A DNA stretch of 44,022 bases, taken from Chloroflexota bacterium (GTDB lineage Bacteria; Chloroflexota; UBA6077). The stretch is taken from positions 1-44,022 of the forward strand of contig JBMNNU010000001.1 in assembly GCA_050942695.1 (NCBI GenBank), read 5' to 3'. Positions 8,633 to 17,102 of this stretch are shown here, in pieces; position 1 is the stretch's first letter, and each line of letters starts with the position of its first letter. Both the position numbers and the translations under genes were made by a program. A model generated the notes under the pieces. It did not search any database. It saw only the letters and a list, made by a program, of their open reading frames with translations, and was not told the origin of the DNA.

Positions 8633-9598
8633 ATGAAGCTGGGCATCTTTACAACGCTATTTCAGGATAGGCCCCTCGGCCAGGTGCTCCGCCTGGCTGC
8701 GGAGCTGGGCTACGAGACGGTGGATTTACCCTGCTTCAGGGGAAATCCTCACGTGGACATCGACGAGGTGATCGAAGACCGGGGTAGGAGCCTGAGCAGG
8801 TTGGTGCGAGGCTTTGGCCTGGAGATCTCGGCTCTGGGCAACGGTCGGGAGAGCCAATTGATCCTCGGCCCTCACGATTGGACGATGGACCACTGGTCAC
8901 CGGTACAGGGAGCGGAGGAAAGGATCAACTATGCCACGGAGCGGCTGAAGCGGACCGCTCAGGCGGCCGCGATGCTGGGGGTACCGGTGGTGAACGGCTT
9001 CTCCGGGTCGCCAGTGTGGGATAAATGGTACAACTTCCCCTCCACAAACGAGGAGGCCTACGAGCGCGGCTGGCAGCTTTTCGCTGAGCGGTTCAACCCC
9101 ATCCTGGACAGCTTCAAAGAGTACGGCGTGCGCTACGCCTACGAAGTCCACCCAACGGAGATCGCCTACAATCTCGAAACGGCGGAGCGGGCTCTGGATG
9201 CGCTGGATCACCGTCCTGAGTTCGGCTTCACTTTCGACCCCAGCCACCTGATATGGCAGGGGATCGACCCGGTGGTGTTCATCAAACGGCTGGGCAAGCG
9301 GATCTACCACGCCCACGCTAAAGACGGCGAGGTGCAGGCCGACGAGGTAGCCAGGGCGGGAGTGCTCAGCGGCGGCTCGTGGACTCGCCCGGACAGGGGC
9401 TTTCGCTTCCGCGTGCCGGGCTGGGGAAACGTGAACTGGCGGCGAGTCATCAGTGCCCTGGTAGCCGTTGGCTACGACTACGTCCTGTCGTTCGAGCATG
9501 AGGACCCGGTGATGTCACCCGAGGACGGGGCTGAAAAGGCTATCGCCTTCCTACGGCCGCTGGTCATCAAAAAGCCAATCCAGAGCGTGTGGTGGTGA
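8633..9598 (+). CDS. Sugar phosphate isomerase/epimerase (xylose-isomerase-like TIM barrel) family protein
   Basis: MKLGIFTTLF...LAAELGYETVDL, ..YAYEVHPTEIAYN.., ..HAHAKDG.., ..LSFEHED are typical AP_endonuc_2/TIM-barrel metal-site motifs. Confidence 0.82.
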   Translation: MKLGIFTTLFQDRPLGQVLRLAAELGYETVDLPCFRGNPHVDIDEVIEDRGRSLSRLVRGFGLEISALGNGRESQLILGPHDWTMDHWSPVQGAEERINYATERLKRTAQAAAMLGVPVVNGFSGSPVWDKWYNFPSTNEEAYERGWQLFAERFNPILDSFKEYGVRYAYEVHPTEIAYNLETAERALDALDHRPEFGFTFDPSHLIWQGIDPVVFIKRLGKRIYHAHAKDGEVQADEVARAGVLSGGSWTRPDRGFRFRVPGWGNVNWRRVISALVAVGYDYVLSFEHEDPVMSPEDGAEKAIAFLRPLVIKKPIQSVWW

Positions 9599-9613
9599 GA
9601 GAAGCTACTAAGA

Positions 9614-9642
9614 TTGACAAGGTTAAGCCTCAATCTTAGAAT
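9614..9642 (+). promoter_or_regulatory. Sigma-70-type promoter: TTGACA, 17-nt spacer, TAGAAT
   Basis: TTGACA at 9614-9619, exactly 17 nt of spacer, TAGAAT at 9637-9642. It lies in the 235-nt gap before the 9834 gene. A perfect 10-bp inverted repeat (9608-9617 / 9630-9639) overlaps both hexamers. Confidence 0.6.
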
Positions 9643-9652
9643 GGTGGTAGTT

Positions 9653-9669
9653 AGGATATAACATTATAC
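9653..9669 (+). promoter_or_regulatory. Candidate GntR/HutC operator AGGATATAACATTATAC (contains the palindrome TATAAcaTTATA)
   Basis: The 17-nt sequence is identical to the reverse complement of 23197-23213. Both copies sit 10-12 nt downstream of a TTGACA-17-TAGAAT promoter and face the downstream gene. Confidence 0.55.
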
Positions 9670-9833
9670 TGTCATACCTTTATTCACCCTCAAGTGGGGA
9701 TGCCCCCTTCAACAGTGAGCTAGAGGGTGATGCGACATCCTGCTTCATATTGGGCGGCTAAGCTGTTATCCGATCTTGGGCGTTCTTGGCCAGACCTTTA
9801 ATCACGGCCATTATCCTTTGGGAGGAAGCCAAG

Positions 9834-10907
9834 ATGGATCCTATCCGTTATGGGGTTATCGGCGTGGGCGCCGTAACTTTACGTGCGCATCTCCCAGTGT
9901 TGGCCATGATGGAGGATGTGGAGATCGTGGCGCTCTGCAATCCATCCCGCCCCAAGGCTGAGCAGGGAGTCGAACTGTGCCGCTCCAGCCCCGACATCTA
10001 TGAGGACTATCGAGACCTGCTGGCAAGGCCCGACATCGATGCGGTAGTCATCGCCTCCCCCAACCACACCCACAAAGAGATCACCCTGGCGGCCCTATCT
10101 GCGGGTAAGCATGTACTGTGCGAGAAACCGATGGCTACCAACGAAGGCGACTGCTTCGCCATCCAAGCCGCTGCTCGCAAGTCTAGCCCCATACTTCAAT
10201 ATGGCATGGAATTTCGTTACTCCGACTTCTATGCCAAAGTAGCCCAGATCGTCCAGAGCGGCGAGATAGGCCATCCAAGGATGATGTTCTGCCGCGAGTT
10301 CCGGTGGCCGATGCTTCCCGGTTCGAGAGGATGGCGTACGGACAACCGCCTCTCAGGCGGGACGTTGCTCGAAAAGAACTGCCATCACTTCGACCTGTTC
10401 AACTGGTTTGCCGGCTCGAGAGCGGTCAGGGTGGTAGCAATGGGGGGAAGTGATGTAAACACCAACGAGCAGATCGACAACGCCTGGGTGGTGGTGGAGT
10501 ACGCCAACGGGGTACGCGGATGCCTGGGACTCTGCCTCTTCTCCCCCTATGGAAACGACCTGGAGGTGAGCGTTATAGGCGATCGAGGCAAGGTAGAGTC
10601 CTTTGCCTATAACCAGGTAATACATCAGTGGGGCGCTGACAAGCCCGACAAGACGGTGTACAACGTGGCTTTCGACCCCCTGTTTGGGGATATCGCCCAG
10701 GAGCCCCGTGAGAAGGAGCGTTCCATCATCTGGGAGAGAAGCATGATCTACCGGGAGCATCGAGCCTTCATAGTGAGCATTCGGACCGGAAAGCAACCCG
10801 TCACCAACGTTACTGTTGCTATCCAGAGCTGCCTGGTTCCGCTAGCTGCTCAGAGGGCTCTGAAAACCGGGCAGGTTGTCACATTAGCTATCCCGGGCAG
10901 CGTGTAA
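9834..10907 (+). CDS. Gfo/Idh/MocA family oxidoreductase
   Basis: MDPIRYGVIGVGAV..., ..VLCEKPMATNEGDC... I prefer the ATG at 9834, preceded by GGGAGGAAG, over the upstream TTG at 9786. Confidence 0.86.
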   Translation: MDPIRYGVIGVGAVTLRAHLPVLAMMEDVEIVALCNPSRPKAEQGVELCRSSPDIYEDYRDLLARPDIDAVVIASPNHTHKEITLAALSAGKHVLCEKPMATNEGDCFAIQAAARKSSPILQYGMEFRYSDFYAKVAQIVQSGEIGHPRMMFCREFRWPMLPGSRGWRTDNRLSGGTLLEKNCHHFDLFNWFAGSRAVRVVAMGGSDVNTNEQIDNAWVVVEYANGVRGCLGLCLFSPYGNDLEVSVIGDRGKVESFAYNQVIHQWGADKPDKTVYNVAFDPLFGDIAQEPREKERSIIWERSMIYREHRAFIVSIRTGKQPVTNVTVAIQSCLVPLAAQRALKTGQVVTLAIPGSV

Positions 10908-10944
10908 GTAAACCAGACCAGACAAGGTGATAGGAGGAGGAGAC

Positions 10945-11769
10945 ATGGCGGTTGCAACAGGCCGGCTTCCGGCAAACAAGCGTAAGCAACAACAGAGTGG
11001 TTCCCTCGCTACGCGAAAGCGGGCTATCATCAGCATCGCCTCGCTGGTGACCCTTTTCATCGCTTACGCGATTGTGAGCAACTCTGGGAGGGTGAACGCC
11101 ACACTTTTTCCGCCCCCCCAGGCTGTAGTAAGCGCGGCCATCGCACTGTTTGCGGAGGAGAATCTCTCGATCGATATCCTCACCAGCCTGGGCCGTGTGC
11201 TCACCGGCTACACTATCGGCGTGACCCTCGCCATCCTTTTAGGAGCCCTGATGGGGTGGTTCTGGCTGGTGGACGCTGTTTTCGATCCCATCGTGGAGCT
11301 CATCCGGCCGGTGCCTCCTCTAGCCTACATACCGCTGATGATTCTCTGGTTCGGCATTGACGAAACACCGAAGATCATGGTGATCACCCTCGGCTGCTTC
11401 GTTAGCTGCATTATCAACGTCGTCGCAGGAGTCAAGAACACCCCACTGGTATATATCGAGGCTGCCCGCACTATGGGAGCCAAGAGCAAGGACCTCTTCT
11501 TCACCGTGGCCATACCCTCCGCCCTGCCATACATCCTGACGGGTATGAGGGTCGCATTAGGCACTGCGTGGGCGATCCTGGTAGCCGCAGAGCTGATCGC
11601 TGCGCAGCGAGGCTTGGGATTCATGATGACCAATGCCCGCCGGTTTATCCGAACAGACTCAATAATCGTGGGGATCATCTGCATCGGCCTCCTGGCCTTT
11701 CTCATGGATAGAGCCCTACGCTATGTCAACATCCGGCTGACTTGCTGGATGGAACGCCGGGAGGGGTAA
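10945..11769 (+). CDS. ABC transporter permease, NitT/TauT (SsuC/TauC/ThiX-like) family
   Basis: Multi-TM protein with the EAA-loop region IEAARTMGAKSKDLFFTVAIPSALPYILTGMRVALG. ATG at 10945 follows AGGAGGAGG. Confidence 0.85.
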   Translation: MAVATGRLPANKRKQQQSGSLATRKRAIISIASLVTLFIAYAIVSNSGRVNATLFPPPQAVVSAAIALFAEENLSIDILTSLGRVLTGYTIGVTLAILLGALMGWFWLVDAVFDPIVELIRPVPPLAYIPLMILWFGIDETPKIMVITLGCFVSCIINVVAGVKNTPLVYIEAARTMGAKSKDLFFTVAIPSALPYILTGMRVALGTAWAILVAAELIAAQRGLGFMMTNARRFIRTDSIIVGIICIGLLAFLMDRALRYVNIRLTCWMERREG

Positions 11770-11772
11770 GCG

Positions 11773-12573
11773 ATGGCGATGGATAATCCTCAGACCAAAA
11801 TCGAATGCCAGCACATCACTCACATATTCGAAAAGGGGGACGAGGAAGGCACCATGGCCCTGCAGGATGTCTCCCTTGAGGTCTACGACAGCGAGTTCCT
11901 CTGCCTGCTTGGCCCCAGCGGGTGCGGCAAGACCACGTTACTGCGAATCGTCGCCGGCCTGGTGGTTCCAACAGACGGGATAGTATTGCTGGACGGGCAG
12001 CCCAGCATGGGACCCGATGCCAACAAGGGAATGGTCTTCCAGCGAGATGCGACCTTTCCATGGCTGACGGTGGAGCAGAATGTCGAGTATCCGCTGAAGC
12101 TGCACGGGGTGCCCCGAAGCGATCGCCAGAGCATCGTGCATAAATACATACAACTGGTTGGGCTGACCGGCTTTGAGAAAGCCTATCCCAAGGAGCTATC
12201 GGGGGGCATGCGCAAGCGGGTGGACATCGCCCGCACCTACGCTTACAACCCCAAGGTTTTGCTGATGGACGAGCCCTTCGGGTCGCTGGATCTCTTCACT
12301 AAGACACGAATGCAGGCGGAGCTGCTGGATCTGTGGAGCAAAGAGCGGAAAACGGTGGTGTTCGTCACCCATGACCTGGACGAGGCCATCTTCTTGGCCG
12401 ACCGGGTGGCGGTTATGAGCAAACGGCCGGGGCGCATTCGCGAGATACTGGAGATCAATCTGCCACGGCCCCGCAACGTCGATGTGAAGGTCTCGGAGTC
12501 CTTCGGCTCTATACGGCGAAGACTCTGGGAGCAGTTCGAGGATGAATTCGGCGTCTCTCAAGCCGACGGGTAA
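11773..12573 (+). CDS. ABC transporter ATP-binding protein, NitT/TauT (SsuB/TauB-like) family
   Basis: Walker A GPSGCGKTT, signature LSGGMRKRV, Walker B LLMDEPFGSLD, plus VFQRDATFPWLTV. The start is 3 nt after the permease stop. Confidence 0.9.
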   Translation: MAMDNPQTKIECQHITHIFEKGDEEGTMALQDVSLEVYDSEFLCLLGPSGCGKTTLLRIVAGLVVPTDGIVLLDGQPSMGPDANKGMVFQRDATFPWLTVEQNVEYPLKLHGVPRSDRQSIVHKYIQLVGLTGFEKAYPKELSGGMRKRVDIARTYAYNPKVLLMDEPFGSLDLFTKTRMQAELLDLWSKERKTVVFVTHDLDEAIFLADRVAVMSKRPGRIREILEINLPRPRNVDVKVSESFGSIRRRLWEQFEDEFGVSQADG

Positions 12574-12713
12574 GTCGCTCTGCAATGCGCTCTACATAAG
12601 GGAGGTGATAGAAAGCAGAAAAACGTGGTCGCGCTAGACGTTCCTCGGCAAATCGCGGATCTCTTGTTGCTCGCGTCTCCATTACGTGTAGTCGAAAGCA
12701 AAGGAGTTACGGC

Positions 12714-13895
12714 ATGAGGAAGGTAACCCATCTACGCGCCATAGCGATACTATCGACCCTATCTCTAGTAGTATGCCTCGCGGCCGCCTGTGGAAGTACT
12801 GCCCCTGCCCCTGCCGCGACGGCTGCGCAGCCAGCCGCGTCCACCGCTGCCGCTCCCAAAGCGGCTGAGCCGACTAAAGCCTCCGCTGCAGCTCCAACAG
12901 CCGCGACCAAAGCCGAGCCAACTAAGGCTGCCGCTCCCGCCCAGCTCACCAAGCTGCGGGTGGGGTGGGCCATAGCACCCCATATGTCTCTGCAGGGCTT
13001 GGCGTTGCAAAAAGGTTGGTTTAAGGAAGCGGGGTTGGATGTAGAGTTAACAGCGTTCGACACCGGCGCCCCGTTGTTCGAGGCGATGGCCGCGGGTAAG
13101 CTGGACATGGGCATAACCGGTAGCACACCCACCATCAGTACAGCCGCCGCTCAGGCGCCGGCCATCTACTTCGTCGGCTCCCACGGCGAGTCCACCGACG
13201 TGTTCACTGTCGTCTCCCGCAAAAGCATAGAGAAACCGGCCGACGTGAAGGGCAAGACGGGGATTACAGCCAAGGGTTCGGTAAACCACTATTTCCTCGA
13301 TCTTATGCTCGAGAAGTACGGCATGACGGAGAAGGACATCACCCTGATCCATATGGAGATGGCCGACGCCGTGACGGCTTTCGTAGCAAACCAGGGCGAC
13401 TTCGCATCCATCGGCACGGCCTTCTGGCCGCAGATCCTGGACAAATCTGATGATGCTAAGATCCTCTTCACAGGGAAGGATCTTGGTAGCTCGGATGGCA
13501 AGGCGCTGAAGACAAAGATGGTCGAAGTGACCACCGCATCAAAGACATTTGCCGATCAGAATCCAGAGGCTGTGACCAAATTCGTAGACGTTCTGTACAA
13601 CCGCACTCACAAATACTTCAACGATCCGGCCACTAAACAGACAGCTCACCAGGAGCTGCAGGCCTGGCTGAAGACTGCAGTCAACTTCAACGGCACACTC
13701 GAAGAGCTGAGCGCGATGCTCAACCCGGTGAAATACTACACCTGCTCCGAGCAGATCAAGCTGTTCGAGGACGGAACGTTCAAGGCCAGTATCGACGCAC
13801 AGGCTCAGTACCTACTGGATACCAACAAACTGAAGAGCGCGTTCACCTTCGAATCGTACGCCAAGCCTGATTTCGTCAAGGCAGCGGCCAAGTAA
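12714..13895 (+). CDS. ABC transporter substrate-binding lipoprotein, NMT1/THI5-like (SsuA/TauA/ThiY) family, paralog 1
   Basis: Lipobox-like LSLVVCLAAACGS, then an Ala/Pro/Thr tether, then LRVGW..AP...LALQKGWFKEAGLDVEL..FDTGAPLFEAMAAGKLDMG. RBS AAAGGAG. Confidence 0.82.
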   Translation: MRKVTHLRAIAILSTLSLVVCLAAACGSTAPAPAATAAQPAASTAAAPKAAEPTKASAAAPTAATKAEPTKAAAPAQLTKLRVGWAIAPHMSLQGLALQKGWFKEAGLDVELTAFDTGAPLFEAMAAGKLDMGITGSTPTISTAAAQAPAIYFVGSHGESTDVFTVVSRKSIEKPADVKGKTGITAKGSVNHYFLDLMLEKYGMTEKDITLIHMEMADAVTAFVANQGDFASIGTAFWPQILDKSDDAKILFTGKDLGSSDGKALKTKMVEVTTASKTFADQNPEAVTKFVDVLYNRTHKYFNDPATKQTAHQELQAWLKTAVNFNGTLEELSAMLNPVKYYTCSEQIKLFEDGTFKASIDAQAQYLLDTNKLKSAFTFESYAKPDFVKAAAK

Positions 13896-14008
13896 TACAT
13901 AGTGCACCTATGAGGAGGTGAACGGAAAAAAAGGTCTCGGCTACTCATTCTCACCTGAATCTCGGTATATAGCCGTCGTGAAGGCATAGTCGAAAAAGGA
14001 GATACTTC

Positions 14009-15193
14009 ATGAGAACGTTCGGCAGCCGAATGGGAGTCACATTACTGGTCTCTCTGTTAGCGATGAGCCTGTTAGTAGCCTGCGGACCCGCCCCTGCTCC
14101 AGCGCCGACGACCAAGCCTGCGGCAGCGCCAACTACTGCTCCCGCCGCTCCAAAAGCTGCCGAGCCGACTAAAGCCTCCGCTGCAGCTCCAACAGCCGCG
14201 GCCAAAGCCGAGCCGGCAAAAGAAGCTTCCCCGGCTCAACTAACCAAGGTGCGTGTGGGTTGGACGGTGGCTCCCCACCAGGCGTTGGCGGGGGTAGCCC
14301 TGAAGAAGGGTTGGTTCAAGGAGGCAGGGCTGGATGTCGAATTAATCGCCTTCGATACGGGCGCCCCTCTGTTCGAGGCTATGGGAGCGGGAAAGCTTGA
14401 TATGGGGATGAGTGGCAGCACGCCGCCCATCAGCGTGGCTGCGGCTGGGGCTGTGCCTCTCTATCTCGTAGGTACACACGCCGAGTCCACAGAGCTGTTC
14501 ACTATGATCTCGAGAAAGGACATCAAGGACATTACGGAACTGAAGGGGAAAACCGGTATAACAGCTAAGGGCTCGGTGAACCACTATTTCCTGGCAGTGG
14601 TGCTGGAAAAGGTTGGTCTCACGGAAAAGGATATCACCCTGATCCACATGGAGCAGGTGGATGCCGTGACGGCCTTCATAGCTAACCAGGGCGACTTTGC
14701 ATCTCTTGGCACCGCCTTCTTCCCGCAGATCCTGGAAAAATCCGATAACACCAAGATCCTAATCACCGGCAAGGATCTGCCCAACCCACCGGGCAAGCCC
14801 CTCAAGACCAAGCTGATGGAGTTGCACACCGTTCACAAACCCTTTGCCGATGAGAATCCCGACGCTGTCACCAAATACATAGACGTGCTGTACAACCGTA
14901 CCCACGCCTACTTCAACGACGAATCGACAAAGGCGACGGCGCGCCAGGAATTAGCCGATTGGCTAAAGACTACCGTCAACATCAACCAATCCGTCGAAGA
15001 GCTAAGTGAGATGCTAGAACCGGCCAACTACTACTCTGCGGAAGAGCAGCTAAAGATGTTCCAGGACGACACCTTCAAGGTGAGCATCGATACCCAGGTC
15101 AACTATCTTGTAGACACCAATAGGATCAAGAACCGCCTTGAATTCGCGTCCTGGGCCAATCCCAAATTCGTGGAGGCCGCGTCTAAAAAGTAG
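14009..15193 (+). CDS. ABC transporter substrate-binding lipoprotein, NMT1/THI5-like family, paralog 2 (tandem duplicate)
   Basis: It has the same architecture and length as 12714-13895 and is roughly two-thirds identical by eye. The lipobox is LLVACGP. The tether peptide AAPKAAEPTKASAAAPTAA.KAEP is shared, as is the 5' UTR motif tagtcgaaa..aaggag. Confidence 0.82.
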   Translation: MRTFGSRMGVTLLVSLLAMSLLVACGPAPAPAPTTKPAAAPTTAPAAPKAAEPTKASAAAPTAAAKAEPAKEASPAQLTKVRVGWTVAPHQALAGVALKKGWFKEAGLDVELIAFDTGAPLFEAMGAGKLDMGMSGSTPPISVAAAGAVPLYLVGTHAESTELFTMISRKDIKDITELKGKTGITAKGSVNHYFLAVVLEKVGLTEKDITLIHMEQVDAVTAFIANQGDFASLGTAFFPQILEKSDNTKILITGKDLPNPPGKPLKTKLMELHTVHKPFADENPDAVTKYIDVLYNRTHAYFNDESTKATARQELADWLKTTVNINQSVEELSEMLEPANYYSAEEQLKMFQDDTFKVSIDTQVNYLVDTNRIKNRLEFASWANPKFVEAASKK

Positions 15194-15204
15194 GTAATCG
15201 AGAG

Positions 15205-15247
15205 TGTAGCGCTACAATCCCCCCTTCCCTCCCTTTGGGAAGGGGGG
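15205..15247 (+). repeat. Two adjacent stem-loops after the second binding-protein gene (12-bp palindrome plus 11-bp GC hairpin)
   Basis: tgtagcgctaca at 15205-15216 is a perfect palindrome. cccccttccc-type arm 15219-15229 pairs with gggaagggggg 15237-15247 across a 7-nt loop. No T-run follows, so it is not a classical terminator. Confidence 0.55.
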
Positions 15248-15280
15248 AAGATGTTACCTTTACCCTGAGGGAGGTTGCTC

Positions 15281-16960
15281 ATGATAGGCGCTGATCTAGT
15301 GGCCCACGCCCTCAAAGCCCACGGGGTCACCTTTATCTCTGCCCTGGTAGGCAACGGGATCAACCCGGTGCTTTTCTCGGCTCGCCAGGCTGGAATCAAG
15401 GTTGTGGATACCCGCAACGAGCAGACGGCATCCTTTATGGCGGAGAGTTACGGCCGCTTCACCTGCCGAGTAGGTGTCTGCGCCGTGAGCAGCGGCGGAG
15501 GCCATACCAACGCCCTATCCGGCCTGGTAAACGCCCATCTGGGCAACGCCCCGATGCTACTGATCTCCGGCTGCAGCGATCACAATCTCACCGATCGTGG
15601 CAAGTTCCAGGACTTTGTCGACCAGGTGGCCATGGCTGCACCGGTAACCAAGTACGCCCGGTTGGTGGATCGGCCCGAGAAGATCCCCTTCTATATCCAC
15701 GAGGCCCTGGCTCACTCTGTAGCCGGCACTCCCGGCCCTGTACATCTCACCATCCCGGAGGATGTGCTGGATGCCGATGTATCGAATGACTTGATCACAC
15801 CAATCTCTGCTGCCACTAACGCTATAGTGGAGCAGCGATGTGTTGGCGATTCAAGATTGATCGAGGAGGCCGCTTCAGCAATAGCAGCAGCAGAGCGTCC
15901 ATTGATGGTTGCCGGCAATGGGGTCTTCTACGCCCACGGCGAGGATGCTCTGGCTGAGTTTGCTGCGATCGCAGATATCCCCGTAGTCGTGCCCATTTGG
16001 GATAGGGGATCCATTCCCAATCCCATTCCTCAATTCATGGGGGTTATCGGCTCAGCATCCGGCAGCCCAGATATCCTGCAGGATGCCGACCTGGTCCTGA
16101 TCCTTGGAGCGCAGGTAGACTACCGGCTCGGCTTCCTCCAGCCACCAGCCGTGCGAGCCGATGCGAAGGTGATCCGGGTCGACATCGACCCCCTACGGCT
16201 ACGCCAGGCGACCGATCCGCACATCGCGATCCTTGGCGACCCCAGGTCGGTTCTTGAGCAGTTGTCAGCCCGACTCCAGGGGGTATCCATGCCCGCACAC
16301 GCAGATTGGTTGGAGGAGGCGCGAAACCGAGACATGGACTTCCGAGAGCGATGGAGGGGATCGGCTATCAGGTGGGATGCCCCTGCCAACGGTTTGGCGT
16401 TAGTGGAGGCTATACGGCCGTTCGTACAGGGAGACGCCATCTTTCTGGTAGACGGCGGCAACATCGGCCAATGGATGCACATGGTGCTCTGCGACCGCTA
16501 CCCCGGGCACTGGATGACCTGTGGCGCCAGCGGCGTTGTGGGGTATGGCCTTGGAGCGGCAATGGCTGCCAGGATCGCTTACCCTTCCCGACCCGTCATC
16601 CTGCTTTCGGGTGACGGGTCGATGGGTTTCAACATAGCCGATCTCGAAAGCGCAGTCCGGCAGAAGCTGCCCTTCGTCGCAGTGGTGGCCGACGATCGTG
16701 CCTGGGGGATCACGGTCTCGAACCAGTTGGTCCAATACGGTAGTGAGAACATGGTAGGTTGCACTTTGGGCGCCATTCGCTTCGACCTCGCAGCCGAAGC
16801 CTTCGGTGCAATCGGGGTTCGAGTGGAGAACCCGCGAGAGATAGGAGCTGCCATCGAGCGAGCGCTGGCAGCGGACCGGCCGACGTTGATCCAGGTGCCG
16901 GTGCTCCATGGCGGTCCGGCGGATTCCCAGACCCTGTCGGCCAGTGTCGAATGCTGCTGA
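15281..16960 (+). CDS. Thiamine-pyrophosphate-dependent enzyme (acetolactate synthase / oxalyl-CoA decarboxylase-like superfamily), specificity unknown
   Basis: The N-terminal Pyr domain has ...DTRNEQTASFMAESYGR...GGGHTNALSGLVNA. The C-terminal TPP-binding region has LLSGDGSMGFNIADLE...VVADDRAWG. ATG at 15281 follows GGGAGG. Confidence 0.82.
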   Translation: MIGADLVAHALKAHGVTFISALVGNGINPVLFSARQAGIKVVDTRNEQTASFMAESYGRFTCRVGVCAVSSGGGHTNALSGLVNAHLGNAPMLLISGCSDHNLTDRGKFQDFVDQVAMAAPVTKYARLVDRPEKIPFYIHEALAHSVAGTPGPVHLTIPEDVLDADVSNDLITPISAATNAIVEQRCVGDSRLIEEAASAIAAAERPLMVAGNGVFYAHGEDALAEFAAIADIPVVVPIWDRGSIPNPIPQFMGVIGSASGSPDILQDADLVLILGAQVDYRLGFLQPPAVRADAKVIRVDIDPLRLRQATDPHIAILGDPRSVLEQLSARLQGVSMPAHADWLEEARNRDMDFRERWRGSAIRWDAPANGLALVEAIRPFVQGDAIFLVDGGNIGQWMHMVLCDRYPGHWMTCGASGVVGYGLGAAMAARIAYPSRPVILLSGDGSMGFNIADLESAVRQKLPFVAVVADDRAWGITVSNQLVQYGSENMVGCTLGAIRFDLAAEAFGAIGVRVENPREIGAAIERALAADRPTLIQVPVLHGGPADSQTLSASVECC

Positions 16961-17046
16961 GCAGGCAGCAGCAGGCCTTAAGTTCGATTATTCGAATTGT
17001 CGAAAAATAAGACCATGTCCTGGTTGTAGCCGGTTCACCTCCACAG

Positions 17047-17095
17047 AAAAAAAGCCGCTCACCCATGTTGATCAATGTGGGTGAGCGGCTTTTCT
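17047..17095. terminator. Bidirectional rho-independent terminator between convergent genes
   Basis: 13-bp stem agccgctcaccca (17053-17065) / tgggtgagcggct (17078-17090) with a 12-nt loop. It is flanked by a 7-A run upstream and TTTCT downstream. It lies between stop codons at 16960 (+) and 17103 (-). Confidence 0.8.
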
Positions 17096-17102
17096 GGGGT
17101 CG

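Noticed and set aside
9643-9833. TPP (THI-box) or other riboswitch in the ~185-nt leader of the importer operon, prompted by the NMT1/THI5-like binding proteins
   Set aside because: A CACCCTC/GAGGGTG stem with an inner GGGGATGCCCC hairpin exists. However, the conserved CUGAGA and ACCUGAUCUGGAUAAUGCCAGCG elements of the THI-box are absent, and I recognise no other riboswitch consensus.
7350-16960. myo-Inositol catabolism (IolG, IolE, IolD-like) assignment for the dehydrogenase / TIM-barrel / TPP-enzyme set
   Set aside because: The TPP enzyme is about 80 aa shorter than typical IolD. No iolB, iolC (PfkB-type kinase), iolJ or iolA equivalents are present, and the transporter is not a sugar-type ABC. 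I kept it only as an alternative to test.
10945-16960. Calling the importer plus TPP enzyme a taurine/sulfoacetaldehyde (TauABC-Xsc) system
   Set aside because: Only family-level resemblance supports it. There is no tpa/tauXY, pta or sulfite exporter gene here, and the TPP enzyme cannot be distinguished from other superfamily members by eye.
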